Shown here: positions 33,436-43,808 of the stretch, in pieces
Layout of the letters: each line of letters begins with the position of its first letter
Position numbering within the stretch: position 1 is the first letter of the stretch
Source of the DNA: an uncultured Actinomycetes bacterium
GTDB lineage: Bacteria > Actinomycetota > Thermoleophilia > Gaiellales > Gaiellaceae
Length of the DNA: 64,000 bases
NCBI GenBank assembly: GCA_963704025.1
Contig: CAVPGP010000005.1
Location: 443,386-507,385, forward strand
Direction of reading: 5' to 3'
The notes under the pieces: model-generated
Told to the model about the DNA's origin: nothing
The model's input: the letters and a program-made list of their open reading frames with translations, nothing else
Databases searched by the model: none
Position numbers and translations under genes: made by a program

Positions 33436-34020
33436 ATGAAGCTTCCGAGACTCTTCCTCGCCGCCGCCGCGCTGTTCTTCGTCAGCGCCGGCACCGCCTC
33501 CGCCGCGTCGCCGTGCTGGAAGCGGCTGATCAACGACTGGTACGACGGACGGATCGACAAGACCTACCCGGCGCAGTGCTACCGCGAAGCGATCGAGCAC
33601 CTGCCGCCGGACGTCGAGGTCTACTCCAACGCGAAGGACGACCTGAAGCGCGCGCTCCAGAACGTCCTCGCCGGCAAGCCGCCGAACCAGGGCATCAGCG
33701 AAGGCGGCACCGGCAGCGGCACCGGAACCGGCGGCGGCTCCGGAACCGGCGGTGGCTCCGGAAACGGCGGCCCCGGCACCGGCAGCTCCGGGAACGGCGG
33801 CGACACGGGGACAGGTGCCGCCACCACCACCGACACGATTGGCCGCGACACGACCGCCGGGGGCCCCGCGAACAACGCCATCCAGGAGCTCGGACCGAAC
33901 GACGCAGACTCGGTCCCGATCCCCCTGCTCGTGCTCGGCGGGCTCGCCCTCCTGCTGATCGCGGCCGGCGTCGCAGGCGTGATCGCCAAGCGGCTCCAGG
34001 GCCGCGGGCCCCGCACCTGA
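33436..34020 (+). CDS. Secreted, C-terminally membrane-anchored protein with Gly/Ser/Thr-rich linker
   Basis: ATG 33436 gives signal peptide MKLPRLFLAAAALFFVSAGTASA, a small Cys-containing domain, the (GTGSG)n linker, and the C-terminal TM IPLLVLGGLALLLIAAGVAGVIA followed by KRLQGR. Confidence 0.72.
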   Translation: MKLPRLFLAAAALFFVSAGTASAASPCWKRLINDWYDGRIDKTYPAQCYREAIEHLPPDVEVYSNAKDDLKRALQNVLAGKPPNQGISEGGTGSGTGTGGGSGTGGGSGNGGPGTGSSGNGGDTGTGAATTTDTIGRDTTAGGPANNAIQELGPNDADSVPIPLLVLGGLALLLIAAGVAGVIAKRLQGRGPRT

Positions 34021-34157
34021 GCGGCTAAAATGGTCTGGGCAACGGGCCGTGGCCTCACGCTCCGTCCGGCCCCCGTCCTAGCCTGATCGGTCCGCTTTCG
34101 CGTCCCGCCAAGGGCGCCGGGGCGACCAGGATCCCGAACAGAGGCCGGAGGGTACAG

Positions 34158-36923
34158 ATGGCGACCGCGAAGCAGGCGCAGACAGCAGAGCAGACCGAAG
34201 CACCGGAGATCCAGAACCGGGTCGTCGACGACGAGAAGTCGCTTGCGGTCCGCCGCTACTTCACGATCCCCGGCCGCGACCCGTTCGACGAGATCGAATG
34301 GGAGTCGCGCGACGCCCTCATCGGCGGCAAGGACAGGCCCGTCTTCGAGCAGAAGGGCGTCGAGTTTCCGAAGTTCTGGTCGCAGACGGCGACGAACATC
34401 GTCGCCCAGAAGTACTTCCGCGGCCGCATGGGCTCGCCCGAGCGCGAGTCGTCCGTCAAGCAGATGATCGGCCGCGTCGTCGACACGATCGGCGGCTGGG
34501 GGCGCGCGGGCGGCTACTTCGCCACAGACGAGGAGGCGGACACGTTCGAGGCCGAGCTGAAGGCGATCCTCGTCAACCAGCTCGCCGCGTTCAACTCGCC
34601 GGTCTGGTTCAACGTCGGCTTCGAGGAGAAGCCACAGTGCTCGGCCTGCTTCATCCTCTCGATCGAGGATTCGATGGACTCGATCCTCGACTGGATTCGC
34701 CGCGAGGGAGTCATCTTCCGCGGCGGCTCCGGTTCCGGCGTCAACCTGTCGAAGCTGCGCTCCTCGAAGGAGCAGCTCTCGAAGGGCGGCTACGCCTCCG
34801 GGCCCGTCTCGTTCATGCGCGGCGCCGACGCCTCTGCCGGCACGATCAAGTCCGGCGGCAAGACGCGGCGCGCGGCCAAAATGGTCGTCCTCGACGTCGA
34901 CCACCCGGACATCGAGGAGTTCATCTGGTGCAAGACCAAGGAGGAGGAGAAGGCGCGCGTCCTCGAGCAGGCGGGCTACGACATGACGCTGGACTCGGCG
35001 GACTGGGCGTCGATCCAGTACCAGAACGCGAACAACTCGGTGCGCGTCTCCGACGCCTTTATGGAGGCGGCCGAGAAGGGCGCCGAGTGGAACCTCACCG
35101 CGCGCACCGACGGCACCGTGGTCGAGACCAGGGACGCGCGCGACCTGCTCCGGCAGATTGCCGAGGCGGCCTGGCGCTGCGCAGACCCGGGCGTCCAGTA
35201 CGACACGACCATCAACAAGTGGCACACCCTGCCGAACACGAGCCGGATCAACGCGTCCAACCCGTGCTCGGAGTACATGTCGATCGACGACTCGGCCTGC
35301 AACCTCGCGTCGCTGAACCTGATGAAGTTCCGCCGCGAGGACGGGGAGCTCGACGTCGAGGCGATGGAGCACGCGGTCGACGTCGTCTTCCTCGCGCAGG
35401 AGATCTGCGTCGGCTACTCGTCGTACCCGACGCCCGAGATCGACCGGAACGCGAAAGGGTACCGCCAGCTCGGGCTCGGCTACGCGAACCTCGGCGCGCT
35501 GTTGATGGCGCGGGGGCTCCCCTACGACTCGAACGAGGGCCGGGCCTACGCGGCGGCGATCACGGCGTTGACGACGGGGCGTGCGTACCGCAAGTCGGCG
35601 GAGATCGCCGGCCGGATGGGGCCGTTCGAGGGCTACCGGAAGAACGCCGCGGCGATGATCGGCGTCATCTCGATGCACCGCGCCGCCGTCGGGAACATCC
35701 AGCACTCAGAGTCAGTGCCGGCCGACCTGCTCGCCGCCGCGAGGAAGGCCTGGGACGACGCGCTCGACATCGGCGAGGTCAGCGGCTACCGCAACGCGCA
35801 GGCCACCGTGCTCGCGCCCACCGGCACGATCAGCTTCATGATGGACTGCGACACGACCGGCGTGGAGCCCGACTTCTCGCTCGTCAAGTCGAAGAAGCTC
35901 GTCGGCGGCGGCGAGATCACGATCGTCAACCGCACCGTCGCGCTCGGCCTCGAGAAGCTCGGCTACGCGCCCGACGAGATCGACCAGATGGTCGCGTACA
36001 TCGACGAGCGGAACACCCTGGTGGGCGCGCCGTACGTGAGGACGGAGCACTACCCGGTCTTCGACTGCGCGGTCGGCGAGCGGGCGATCCACTACACCGG
36101 CCACGTGAAGATGATGGGCGCGGTGCAGCCGTTCATCTCGGGCGCGATCTCGAAGACCGTGAACATGCCCGAGGAGGTGGCGGTCGAGGACGTCGCCGCG
36201 CTCTACCTGGACGCCTGGAAGCTCGGCGTCAAGGCGATTGCGATCTACCGCGACAACTGCAAGGTCGCCCAGCCCTTGTCCGGCAAGTCGGACAAGAGCG
36301 GCGTGCCGACCCTGCTCCCGGCGACCGCCCCGCACGCGACGAAGCCGCAGCGCCGCCGCGTCCCGGAGGACCGGACGGAGGTCGGCCGCAAGTTCCGCGT
36401 CGGCGACTACGAGGGCTACATCCACGTCGGCCTCTTCGAGGACGGCACGCCCGGCGACATCTTCGTCGACATCGCCAAGGACGGGACGACGCTCCAGGGC
36501 CTGATGAACTCGCTGATGATCGCCGTCTCGATGGGCCTCCAGTACGGCGTCCCGCCGGAGGTGTACGTCTCGAAGCTCTCCCACATGCGCTTCGAGCCGA
36601 GCGGGCTGACGAACGACACGGACATTCGCAACGCGAAGTCGATCGTCGACTACATCTTCCGCTGGTTCGGCAAGAAGTTCCTCACCGTCGACCAGCAGGA
36701 GGAGGTCGGCATCCTCTCCGCAGACGTGCGCGCGAAGATGGCCGCCGCGTACAACGCCGATCCCGCCGCCCCGGCGATCGACCCGCCGGCGACCCCCGGC
36801 CAGACGGCGCTCTTCAACAGCTGGGAGGACGCCGTCGAGTGCTCCCGCTGCGGAGGCCGCATGGTGCGGGCCGGCACGTGCTACACCTGCCGCGATTGCG
36901 GTACGAGTACGGGGTGCGGCTGA
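34158..36923 (+). CDS. nrdJ: Adenosylcobalamin-dependent (class II) ribonucleotide reductase
   Basis: 921 aa. Motifs FEQKGVEFPKFWSQTATNIVAQKYF, NPCSEYMS (active-site Cys), TVLAPTGTISF, and the C-terminal Cys cluster CSRCGG...CYTCRDCG. Confidence 0.93.
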   Translation: MATAKQAQTAEQTEAPEIQNRVVDDEKSLAVRRYFTIPGRDPFDEIEWESRDALIGGKDRPVFEQKGVEFPKFWSQTATNIVAQKYFRGRMGSPERESSVKQMIGRVVDTIGGWGRAGGYFATDEEADTFEAELKAILVNQLAAFNSPVWFNVGFEEKPQCSACFILSIEDSMDSILDWIRREGVIFRGGSGSGVNLSKLRSSKEQLSKGGYASGPVSFMRGADASAGTIKSGGKTRRAAKMVVLDVDHPDIEEFIWCKTKEEEKARVLEQAGYDMTLDSADWASIQYQNANNSVRVSDAFMEAAEKGAEWNLTARTDGTVVETRDARDLLRQIAEAAWRCADPGVQYDTTINKWHTLPNTSRINASNPCSEYMSIDDSACNLASLNLMKFRREDGELDVEAMEHAVDVVFLAQEICVGYSSYPTPEIDRNAKGYRQLGLGYANLGALLMARGLPYDSNEGRAYAAAITALTTGRAYRKSAEIAGRMGPFEGYRKNAAAMIGVISMHRAAVGNIQHSESVPADLLAAARKAWDDALDIGEVSGYRNAQATVLAPTGTISFMMDCDTTGVEPDFSLVKSKKLVGGGEITIVNRTVALGLEKLGYAPDEIDQMVAYIDERNTLVGAPYVRTEHYPVFDCAVGERAIHYTGHVKMMGAVQPFISGAISKTVNMPEEVAVEDVAALYLDAWKLGVKAIAIYRDNCKVAQPLSGKSDKSGVPTLLPATAPHATKPQRRRVPEDRTEVGRKFRVGDYEGYIHVGLFEDGTPGDIFVDIAKDGTTLQGLMNSLMIAVSMGLQYGVPPEVYVSKLSHMRFEPSGLTNDTDIRNAKSIVDYIFRWFGKKFLTVDQQEEVGILSADVRAKMAAAYNADPAAPAIDPPATPGQTALFNSWEDAVECSRCGGRMVRAGTCYTCRDCGTSTGCG

Positions 36924-36979
36924 GCTGAACCGAGCGAGGGCGGGCCGGGGAAGCAACGCCCGCCGAGCGAGAACACACA

Positions 36980-37013
36980 AGAGGACCGAGGCGCTTCGGC
37001 GCCCCGGTCCTCT
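36980..37013. terminator. Hairpin with TTCG tetraloop between convergent nrdJ and SBBP genes
   Basis: AGAGGACCG-A-GGCGC TTCG GCGCC-C-CGGTCCTCT forms a 14-bp stem with one bulge on each side. Confidence 0.7.
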
Positions 37014-37018
37014 GTGAC

Positions 37019-39193
37019 TCAGCGGCCGGGCCGGTCGAAGTCGACCTTGACCAGCACGCCATCGATGTCGCCGCCGCCGTACGTTGGCTGGATCGCGTCC
37101 GGTGTCACCGGGAAGTCCGGCGAGTTCGTGATGTAGCCGAAGTAGAAGTTGCCGCGGCTGTCGAGCGCCGGGAACCCACCGGCGTTGTCGTCGACACCGC
37201 TGCCACCGAGGTAGGAGGAGAAGCGCAGGTGGCCGTCGCGGTCGAGCTGCACGACCGCGAAGTCGACGGCGCCCGCGTTCGCGGTCTGGAATGCGTTCGC
37301 GGTCGTCGGGAAGTCCGTCGATGCGGTCGGCCCGACCACGTCGGCGTTCCCACGGTGGTCGACGCGGAGGGTGGGGTCGATTCCGAACCCACCTTCGGCG
37401 TCGCTGCCGCCGAGGTAGGTCGACCAGTCGAGCGACGAGCCGGAGCGGTCGAGCTTGGCCACGAACCAGTCGCGGATCCCGCCGAAGGTGCCTTGCGCGG
37501 CGCCGGCGGTGACAGGGAACCCGCCGCGCGTGCTGCCGCTGACGTAGACGTCATTCCGTTCGCCGACGTCGACCGCGCTGCCACGGTCGGGCTGGTCGCC
37601 GCCGAGGTACGTCGACCAGACCATGCGTCCGCGGCGGTCCAGCTTGGTGACGTAGGCGTCCTGCGGCGGGGCCCCGGTCCCCAGCGACGTCTTCAGCGCA
37701 CCCGGCGTCGTCGGGAAGTCGGCGGACTGTGTGGCCCCGGTGAAGTACGCGTTGCCGGCATCGTCGAGAGAGACATCGTTGCCGGTGTCGTCGCCGGTGC
37801 CGCCGAGGTACGTCGAGTAGGCGAGCCGGGATCCCGTCGGGTCGAGCCTGGCGGCGAACGCGTCGAGCGGCATGCCTTCGAAGAATCCGGTGCCCCCGCC
37901 GAAGCTCGACCGGAGCGCGCCCGCAGTGGTCGGGAAGTCGGCCGAGCCGGTGAAGCCCGTGATGGCGACACCGCCGTCGTGGCCGAGGGCAAGGACGCCC
38001 GCCCGCTCACCGCTCGAGCCACCGATGTACGTCGAGTAGCGAAGGCGTGAGCCGTCCGAGCTCAGCTTGGCCACGAAGCCGTCGCCAAAGAACCCGCCGC
38101 AGCACCCACTATCGCCGTTGAAGCTGGTGTCGAAGGCGCCGGGCGTCGTCGGGAACCCCGGGCCGGCGAAGCCGCTCACGTAGAGATGGCCGTCCTCGTC
38201 GACGGCGGCCGCATCACCCTCGTCGAATCCGGGCCCGCCGAGATACGTCGCGTAGACGATGTGCGTCGCGGTGCGATCCAGTTTGGCGACGTAGACGTCC
38301 TCCCCGCCTCCGGAGGACTGGATTCCGCCGACGCGCGGGAGGTCGGAGTCCGTGCCGCAGACGACGAACACGTTCCCGGTCGGGCCGGGTACGGGGCCGC
38401 AGCCCTCTGCGCCGCTGCCGCCCCAGTAGCTGGCGTACACGACCTTCGGGTCGATCAGGAGCGGGACGGTTCGGTTGTGAGGTCCGACGCGGAAGCGAAT
38501 GATGCCTCCGGCGAGGCGATAGGAGACCGGGACGAGCTTGCGCGTCCCGGCGATCGTCTGCCAGGCGAGAGGTGGCGGCTGGCGGACAGTCCCGTGACCC
38601 AGCCGCAGAACGAGGGCTCCGTCAGATGCGATCCGTGGTGCCCGCGGTCCATCGAAGGCGAGCCGGATCCGCCTCGAGTCGGCGCCGGGCTGGAGGCGGA
38701 AGTCGTACTCGAGCCGCGCCTCGCGGGCGCCGTGCACGACGAGGTCGATTCCGGGATAGAGCCGCGTGTACCGGACCGCAGCGAATTGCGGCACGTGAGT
38801 ACGCCAGCGCCGCGGGTCCGGGCCGATCAGGTAGTTGCTGACGCCGGGCAGCCGCCGCTCGGCGTTGATCCGCCCCGGCTCGGCACCCTGGAACCGCATT
38901 GTAAGGAGGTCCTGTCCTGAGCTGTCGCGAAGCGCGAGCACGACGCGCGAGCGAGTGAGATACAGCGCCGAACGTGGGGCACGCGATACGTACCGCACCT
39001 GCACGCTCGAGCTTCCGGGGCTCGGCTCGAAGACGACGGGCAGCACCGGCTGGTTGCCGAGCTTCGCCGGCAAGGCCTGCACCGGCGAACGGTGGCCGGA
39101 GATCGCCGTCGCCGCGAGCGGCACGAGCGCGAGGACGCCCGCCCCTGCCCCAAGAATCAGCGCCAACCTGCTCATGATGTGTGTCTTCCTCAC
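37019..39193 (-). CDS. Secreted SBBP (beta-propeller repeat) protein
   Basis: Signal peptide, then seven or more repeats of the Y(S/A)TYLGG(S/T)G.D.. motif (VYASYWGGSGAEG, VYATYLGGPGFDEG, RYSTYIGGSSGERA, AYSTYLGGTGDDTG, VWSTYLGGDQPDRG, DWSTYLGGSDAEGG, RFSSYLGGSGVDDN). GTG 39193 has GGGAGGA 6 nt upstream. Confidence 0.85.
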   Translation of the reverse strand: MRKTHIMSRLALILGAGAGVLALVPLAATAISGHRSPVQALPAKLGNQPVLPVVFEPSPGSSSVQVRYVSRAPRSALYLTRSRVVLALRDSSGQDLLTMRFQGAEPGRINAERRLPGVSNYLIGPDPRRWRTHVPQFAAVRYTRLYPGIDLVVHGAREARLEYDFRLQPGADSRRIRLAFDGPRAPRIASDGALVLRLGHGTVRQPPPLAWQTIAGTRKLVPVSYRLAGGIIRFRVGPHNRTVPLLIDPKVVYASYWGGSGAEGCGPVPGPTGNVFVVCGTDSDLPRVGGIQSSGGGEDVYVAKLDRTATHIVYATYLGGPGFDEGDAAAVDEDGHLYVSGFAGPGFPTTPGAFDTSFNGDSGCCGGFFGDGFVAKLSSDGSRLRYSTYIGGSSGERAGVLALGHDGGVAITGFTGSADFPTTAGALRSSFGGGTGFFEGMPLDAFAARLDPTGSRLAYSTYLGGTGDDTGNDVSLDDAGNAYFTGATQSADFPTTPGALKTSLGTGAPPQDAYVTKLDRRGRMVWSTYLGGDQPDRGSAVDVGERNDVYVSGSTRGGFPVTAGAAQGTFGGIRDWFVAKLDRSGSSLDWSTYLGGSDAEGGFGIDPTLRVDHRGNADVVGPTASTDFPTTANAFQTANAGAVDFAVVQLDRDGHLRFSSYLGGSGVDDNAGGFPALDSRGNFYFGYITNSPDFPVTPDAIQPTYGGGDIDGVLVKVDFDRPGR

Positions 39194-39194
39194 C

Positions 39195-39407
39195 TCATCC
39201 TCCCTTCGCTGCAGCTGGGAACCTGAAAAACAGGCTTGCCTGGTAGGTCACTCCGGCCCGCAGCGTCGTCAGCTTGCCGGCCGGCGTGAAGATGTAGCTC
39301 TGGGGCATGTCCGGCAGCTTGGGGGTCGTCGCTGCGGCCGACGCGGCGAGCGAGCTGAGGCCGGCTACGAGGACCGCGAGGAGTCCGATGCAGGCGCGCT
39401 GTCTCAT
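39195..39407 (-). CDS. Small secreted protein (70 aa), first gene of the SBBP operon
   Basis: ATG 39407 is preceded by GGGAGAAGGG. Signal peptide MRQRACIGLLAVLVAGLSSLAASAAA. The TGA stop lies 1 nt before the SBBP GTG start. Confidence 0.65.
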   Translation of the reverse strand: MRQRACIGLLAVLVAGLSSLAASAAATTPKLPDMPQSYIFTPAGKLTTLRAGVTYQASLFFRFPAAAKGG

Positions 39408-39584
39408 CGCCCTTCTCCCTTCTGGGCCGTGGGTTGGTCGCGGTTCGATCCGTCTTCGGCCGATTGTCCGAGCCCGGTGTCCGGCTCGCTTCGGGGAGAT
39501 CCCTGGACCGTGCGTGGACGGCTTCGGGGCGTGCTGCTCCGGCGGTCGTTGTGGTCGCGCCGCGAAGGTCATACCGTCTGAGCT

Positions 39585-42308
39585 GTGCTGATCGGCCGGA
39601 AGGCGGAGAGTCAGCGGCTCGATGCTCTGCTGGAACGGGGACGGAGTGGTCGGAGCGGCGCGGTTGTCCTGCGCGGAGAGGCCGGGATCGGCAAGACGGC
39701 CCTGCTCGAGTACGCGGTCGGTCGGGCCGAGGGCTTTCGGGTTCTTCGTGCGCTCGGCGTCGAGTCGGAGGCGGAGATCGCGTTTGCCGGCGTGCAGCAG
39801 TTGCTGCGCCCCGTCATGTACGCGCTGCCCGAGCTACCCGATCATCAGGTGCGGGCGCTCAGCACCGCGCTTGCGATCGAGGAGGGGCCTGCGCCGGAGC
39901 GCTTGTCGGTCTCGGCCGCCACACTGAGCCTCCTTGCCGGTGCAGCCGAGGATCGCCCGCTCCTCTGCGTCGTCGACGACGCGCACTGGCTCGACCACGC
40001 GTCAGCCGAGACGCTCATGTTCACCGCCCGCCGCCTCCACGCCGAAGGCGTGGTGATGCTCTTCGCAGCCCGCGAGCCCGAGAAGGCCATATTCGCGGCC
40101 GCGGGGATATCGGATCTCCGCATAGAAGGCCTGGCGCCGGCCGCCGCGAGGGCCCTGCTCGCCGAGCGAGCACCGGACCTCGCCGCTCCCACGGCGGAGC
40201 AGCTCGTCCTGCTGACGCGGGGAAACCCGCTCGCCCTGCTGGAGGTGCCTCGCGCGCTGAGCGGCGTCCGCCGCGCCGGCCGTTCGCCCCTCGATGAGCC
40301 CCTTCCCGTCGGTGCGGCGATCGAGCGAGCCTACGTCGCCCGTGCGAGCGAGCTCTCGGAGGAGGCGCGCAGGGCCCTGCTTCTCGTTGCCGCGGGAGAC
40401 CCCGGCGACGCCGATGCTCTCTGGAAGGCGCTCGCCATGGAGGGGCTCGGTGACGAGGCGCTCGCCGAGGCCGAGGGCGCCGGCCTCCTGGTGGCGGAGC
40501 GACTGGAGTTCTGCCACCCGCTCGCGCGGTCGGCCTTCTACCAGAGTGCGCGGCCTGGAGACCGGCGAGCCGCACATGCCGCCCTCGCGTCGGCGACCGC
40601 CGAGCCGGACCGCCGCGCCTGGCAGCTTGCCGCGGCCGCGGATCGCCCGGACGAGCAGGTGGCGATCGCCCTGGAGGACGCCGCAGACGCCGCCCGCCGG
40701 CGAGGCGGTGTCGCAGCCGAGGCGAAGGCGCTCGAGCGTGCCGCGCAGCTCACTGCGGCTGCCGAGACGCGCGCCCGCCGGCTGATGAAGGCGGCGCTTG
40801 CGGCCGAGGCAGCGGGCTGGCTCGAGCACGCCGAGAAGATGCTCAACGACGTCGCCGAGCTGACGCAGGAGCCCGAGCTGCGCGCCCAGGCGGTGGGGCA
40901 GCGCTCGTACCTCCTCGCCGATCGCGGCGAGCTCGATCGTGCGTATGCGCTCTCCGTCGACGAGGCCGAGCATGCGGCGCCGCAGCAGGCCGCGTTCGTT
41001 CTCTCGCTCGGCGCCCTGATGGCGCTCGTCCACAGCCTCGACATCCGTGCTGCACAGGGCACCGCCGAGCGCGCGTGGCGGCTTGCCGGGCCGGCGGCAA
41101 GCGAGGATCTCGACCTCTGCGAAAACCTCTCCCGGGTCCTGATCCTCGCCGGGCGCACCGAGGAAGCGCTCGCACTCGTCCGGTCGAGCGTCCGCCGGAT
41201 CGACGCACTGAGTGTGCTCGCCGTCAACTTCGGAACGGATCTCTTCTATCTCGAGGACTACCCGCGAGCGAGTGAGCTGCTCGAGCGAGTCGTCGAGCGG
41301 GCAAGGGAGGCAGAGGCACCCGGCATCCTCAGCTACGCGCTCGACCAGCTCGCGAAGCTCGAGACCCGTGTCGCCAATTTGACACGCGCGTACTCGATCG
41401 AGCTGGAGTCCCTGCAGCTCACGGAGCCGCTGGGGAATGATGTCGCGCTCGCCGCAAGCCTGGCCTGGCTTGCTGTCGTCGAGGCGATGCTGGGGCGCGC
41501 CGAGACCCGGACGCACGCGGAGAGGGCCCTGCGGATCGCGGAACGCATGAATGACGCCTTCAACGTCGTCCGAGCCCGGGGAGCCCTCGGCCTGGATGCG
41601 CTGGCGCGGGGTGACGCGGCGGAAGCTGTCGATTGGCTCGAGCCGGCGGTGACCATGGTTCAGGAAGGGGGCGTGGGGCTGCCGAACTTCTTCCGTCTCG
41701 ACGCCGACCTGATCGAGGCGCTCGTCCGGCATGGTGAGCACGAGCAGGCCGAACGACACCTGACCCGGTTCGAGGAACAGACCCGCTCGACGGGGAGCGT
41801 CTGGGGTCGGGCGGTAGCCGCGCGCTGCCGGGCGCTCATCTCACCCGAGCCTCGGATGGCCGAGGCGTTCGACAGGGCGCTCGAGCTCCATGACGGCGAC
41901 CCCAGCGCGTTCGAGCGCGCCCGGACCGAGCTCTGCTACGGCGAGCGACTGCGCCGGGGCCGGCAGCGACGGTTGGCGCGGGAGCACCTCCGCTCGGCGC
42001 TCGAGACCTTCGAGCGGCTGGATGCGAGACCGTGGGCGGAGCGGGCCCGAATCGAGCTCCGTGCGACCGGCGAGCATGTCTATCGCCGCGACCCGACGGC
42101 CGCCGAACGGTTGACGCCCCAGGAGTTCCAGATCGCGCTCCTCGTCGCCGAGGGCCTCACGAACCGCGATGTGAGCGCCCGGCTCTTCCTCAGCCCGAAG
42201 ACGGTCGAGTTCCACCTGGGCCGCGTGTACCGCAAGCTCGACGTCCGTTCGCGCGGAGAGCTGATCCGGCTCTTCGCCGTGCAGGCGCCAGAGCACCTCC
42301 CCGTCTAG
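39585..42308 (+). CDS. Large ATP-binding LuxR-family regulator (LAL/MalT-like)
   Basis: N-terminal P-loop VVLRGEAGIGKTALLEY, a long helical-repeat middle region, and the C-terminal LuxR HTH LTPQEFQIALLVAEGLTNRDVSARLFLSPKTVEFHLGRVYRKL. Confidence 0.9.
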   Translation: MLIGRKAESQRLDALLERGRSGRSGAVVLRGEAGIGKTALLEYAVGRAEGFRVLRALGVESEAEIAFAGVQQLLRPVMYALPELPDHQVRALSTALAIEEGPAPERLSVSAATLSLLAGAAEDRPLLCVVDDAHWLDHASAETLMFTARRLHAEGVVMLFAAREPEKAIFAAAGISDLRIEGLAPAAARALLAERAPDLAAPTAEQLVLLTRGNPLALLEVPRALSGVRRAGRSPLDEPLPVGAAIERAYVARASELSEEARRALLLVAAGDPGDADALWKALAMEGLGDEALAEAEGAGLLVAERLEFCHPLARSAFYQSARPGDRRAAHAALASATAEPDRRAWQLAAAADRPDEQVAIALEDAADAARRRGGVAAEAKALERAAQLTAAAETRARRLMKAALAAEAAGWLEHAEKMLNDVAELTQEPELRAQAVGQRSYLLADRGELDRAYALSVDEAEHAAPQQAAFVLSLGALMALVHSLDIRAAQGTAERAWRLAGPAASEDLDLCENLSRVLILAGRTEEALALVRSSVRRIDALSVLAVNFGTDLFYLEDYPRASELLERVVERAREAEAPGILSYALDQLAKLETRVANLTRAYSIELESLQLTEPLGNDVALAASLAWLAVVEAMLGRAETRTHAERALRIAERMNDAFNVVRARGALGLDALARGDAAEAVDWLEPAVTMVQEGGVGLPNFFRLDADLIEALVRHGEHEQAERHLTRFEEQTRSTGSVWGRAVAARCRALISPEPRMAEAFDRALELHDGDPSAFERARTELCYGERLRRGRQRRLAREHLRSALETFERLDARPWAERARIELRATGEHVYRRDPTAAERLTPQEFQIALLVAEGLTNRDVSARLFLSPKTVEFHLGRVYRKLDVRSRGELIRLFAVQAPEHLPV

Positions 42309-42357
42309 CGAACGACCGAGTGCCGCTAGCTGCGGCAGCTCCAAGCGAGCACCCCGG

Positions 42358-43808
42358 CTAGGGAAGCGCCAGCAGGACGTAGGCATGGATCGCGTCGACC
42401 TTGCCCTTGAGCCGCAAGCCGGTCCGTCGCTTCGACCACGGCGCCCGCGGGCAACTGGCCGTAGGTCTCCGCGCCGATCAGCACCCCGCCGAGCGGCGCG
42501 AGACTCTCCAGGCGCGAGCCGGTGTTGATGGTGTCGCCGACCAGCGGGTAGGCCACGTGGCCCTCGCCGCCGATCTCGCGCAGCACCGCCTGGCCGCTGT
42601 TGACGCCGACACGCATGCGCGGCCAATCCGGGTGTTGCTCGGCCAGAGCTGCGAGCTCGCGTTGCAGCGCGAGCGCGGCACGCGCAGCGCGCAATGCGTG
42701 ATCCGGTTGGTCTCCTCGGCTGTTGAACGTGGCGACGATGCCGTCGCCGATGAACTTCTCCAGCTCGCCGCCGAACTGACGCGTGATCAGCGGCGCGGAG
42801 ATCGCCCCAGTACGCGTTGAGCACAGCGGCAACCTCGGCAGGCGCCGAGCGCTCGGCGAAGCTCGTGAACCCGGCCAGGTCGCCGAAGAGGACGCTGATG
42901 TTCTGATGCCGCTCCCGTGTCGTGGGCAGGTACAGATCCCGGAAACGCTCGTCGCGCCACTCGCGCTGAGCGGCGAAGCCGACGATCAGGTAGGCGGTGA
43001 CGATCAGGCCGTGCCACTCCCACCAGCTCGCGTGCCACTTGCGCTCCCCCGTCACCGCGACGCCGATCATCGCCTCGGACAACAGCAGGAAGCACGCGAT
43101 GGTCGCCGCCGGCAGCAACTTGCGGTCGTGGCGGAAGATGGCCCAGTAGCGCGCGGCGCTGACCCCGTAGACGATCGTCCCGACGATCGCGATCCCGCCG
43201 ATCAGGCTCCCCCGCGCGGCTTCACTGTCCGCCCCGCGCAGCGGCGGCAGGTCGGCAACCGTCCAGACGAACCACACTCCCATCGCGATCAGCACCGCCG
43301 CACGGAGCAGCGCTCGGTGACGAATCAACCACGGCGCGATCCCGGGACGCGCGTCGACGAAGGCCGATCCCGCGGCGAACACGGCGCTCACCAGCAGCCC
43401 CACCGGAATGGCGACCTGGAAGCCGGCGTGCTCCTCCGAGAAGAGGACGCCGGGCGTCCCGTAGGCGTGGAGGCCCAGGAAGCCGCCGGTCGCCATGAAC
43501 GCCAGCGAGAGGAGCAAGACGCGTGCATCTCCTCGCCGATTGGCCGCCTCGCCCGCCGCGTAGCCGAGAACGAATGCCACGGCGCCCACGGCCCCGAAGA
43601 CGACGAAGTGGGCCTCGTAGTTCTCGAAGTGCGGATCGAGCTGAGACCGAAGCAGCAGCGAGACGAGGCCGACCATCGGCAGCGAGGCAGCAACGAACCA
43701 GGCCGTGACGACCGACGCCGACCGCGCGCGCTGCCGAAGCGAGGTCAGACGCCCACCCACATGCTCCCCGCGAGATGGCTCGCCAACGCGAACCGCCACA
43801 TCGGCCAT
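42358..43808 (-). pseudogene. Membrane-bound class III adenylate/guanylate cyclase with two apparent 1-nt frame breaks
   Basis: About 6 TM segments, then ISVLFGDLAGFTSF...VLNAYW in the frame of ORF 41841..43808. ISAPLITRQFGGELEKFIGDGIVATF...RVGVNSG...GDTINTGSRLES is in ORF 42326..42832. The last 21 aa, GLRLKGKVDAIHAYVLLALP*, are in the third frame (TAG 42358-42360). The breaks lie at the C-run 42805-42808 and near 42419-42423. Confidence 0.8.

Noticed and set aside
34021-34157. Cobalamin riboswitch or NrdR boxes in the nrdJ leader
   Set aside because: I found no B12-box-like sequence and no AT-rich 16-bp NrdR-type palindrome by eye. An Rfam or motif scan would be needed, so nothing is claimed.
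33621-36980. Two long minus-strand ORFs (33621..35705 and 35712..36980)
   Set aside because: Both are antisense to nrdJ, whose identity is unambiguous. They have Arg/Asp/Leu/Val-rich shadow composition.
40002-41759. 585-aa minus-strand ORF
   Set aside because: It is antisense to the LAL/LuxR regulator gene, with shadow-ORF composition and no recognisable domain.
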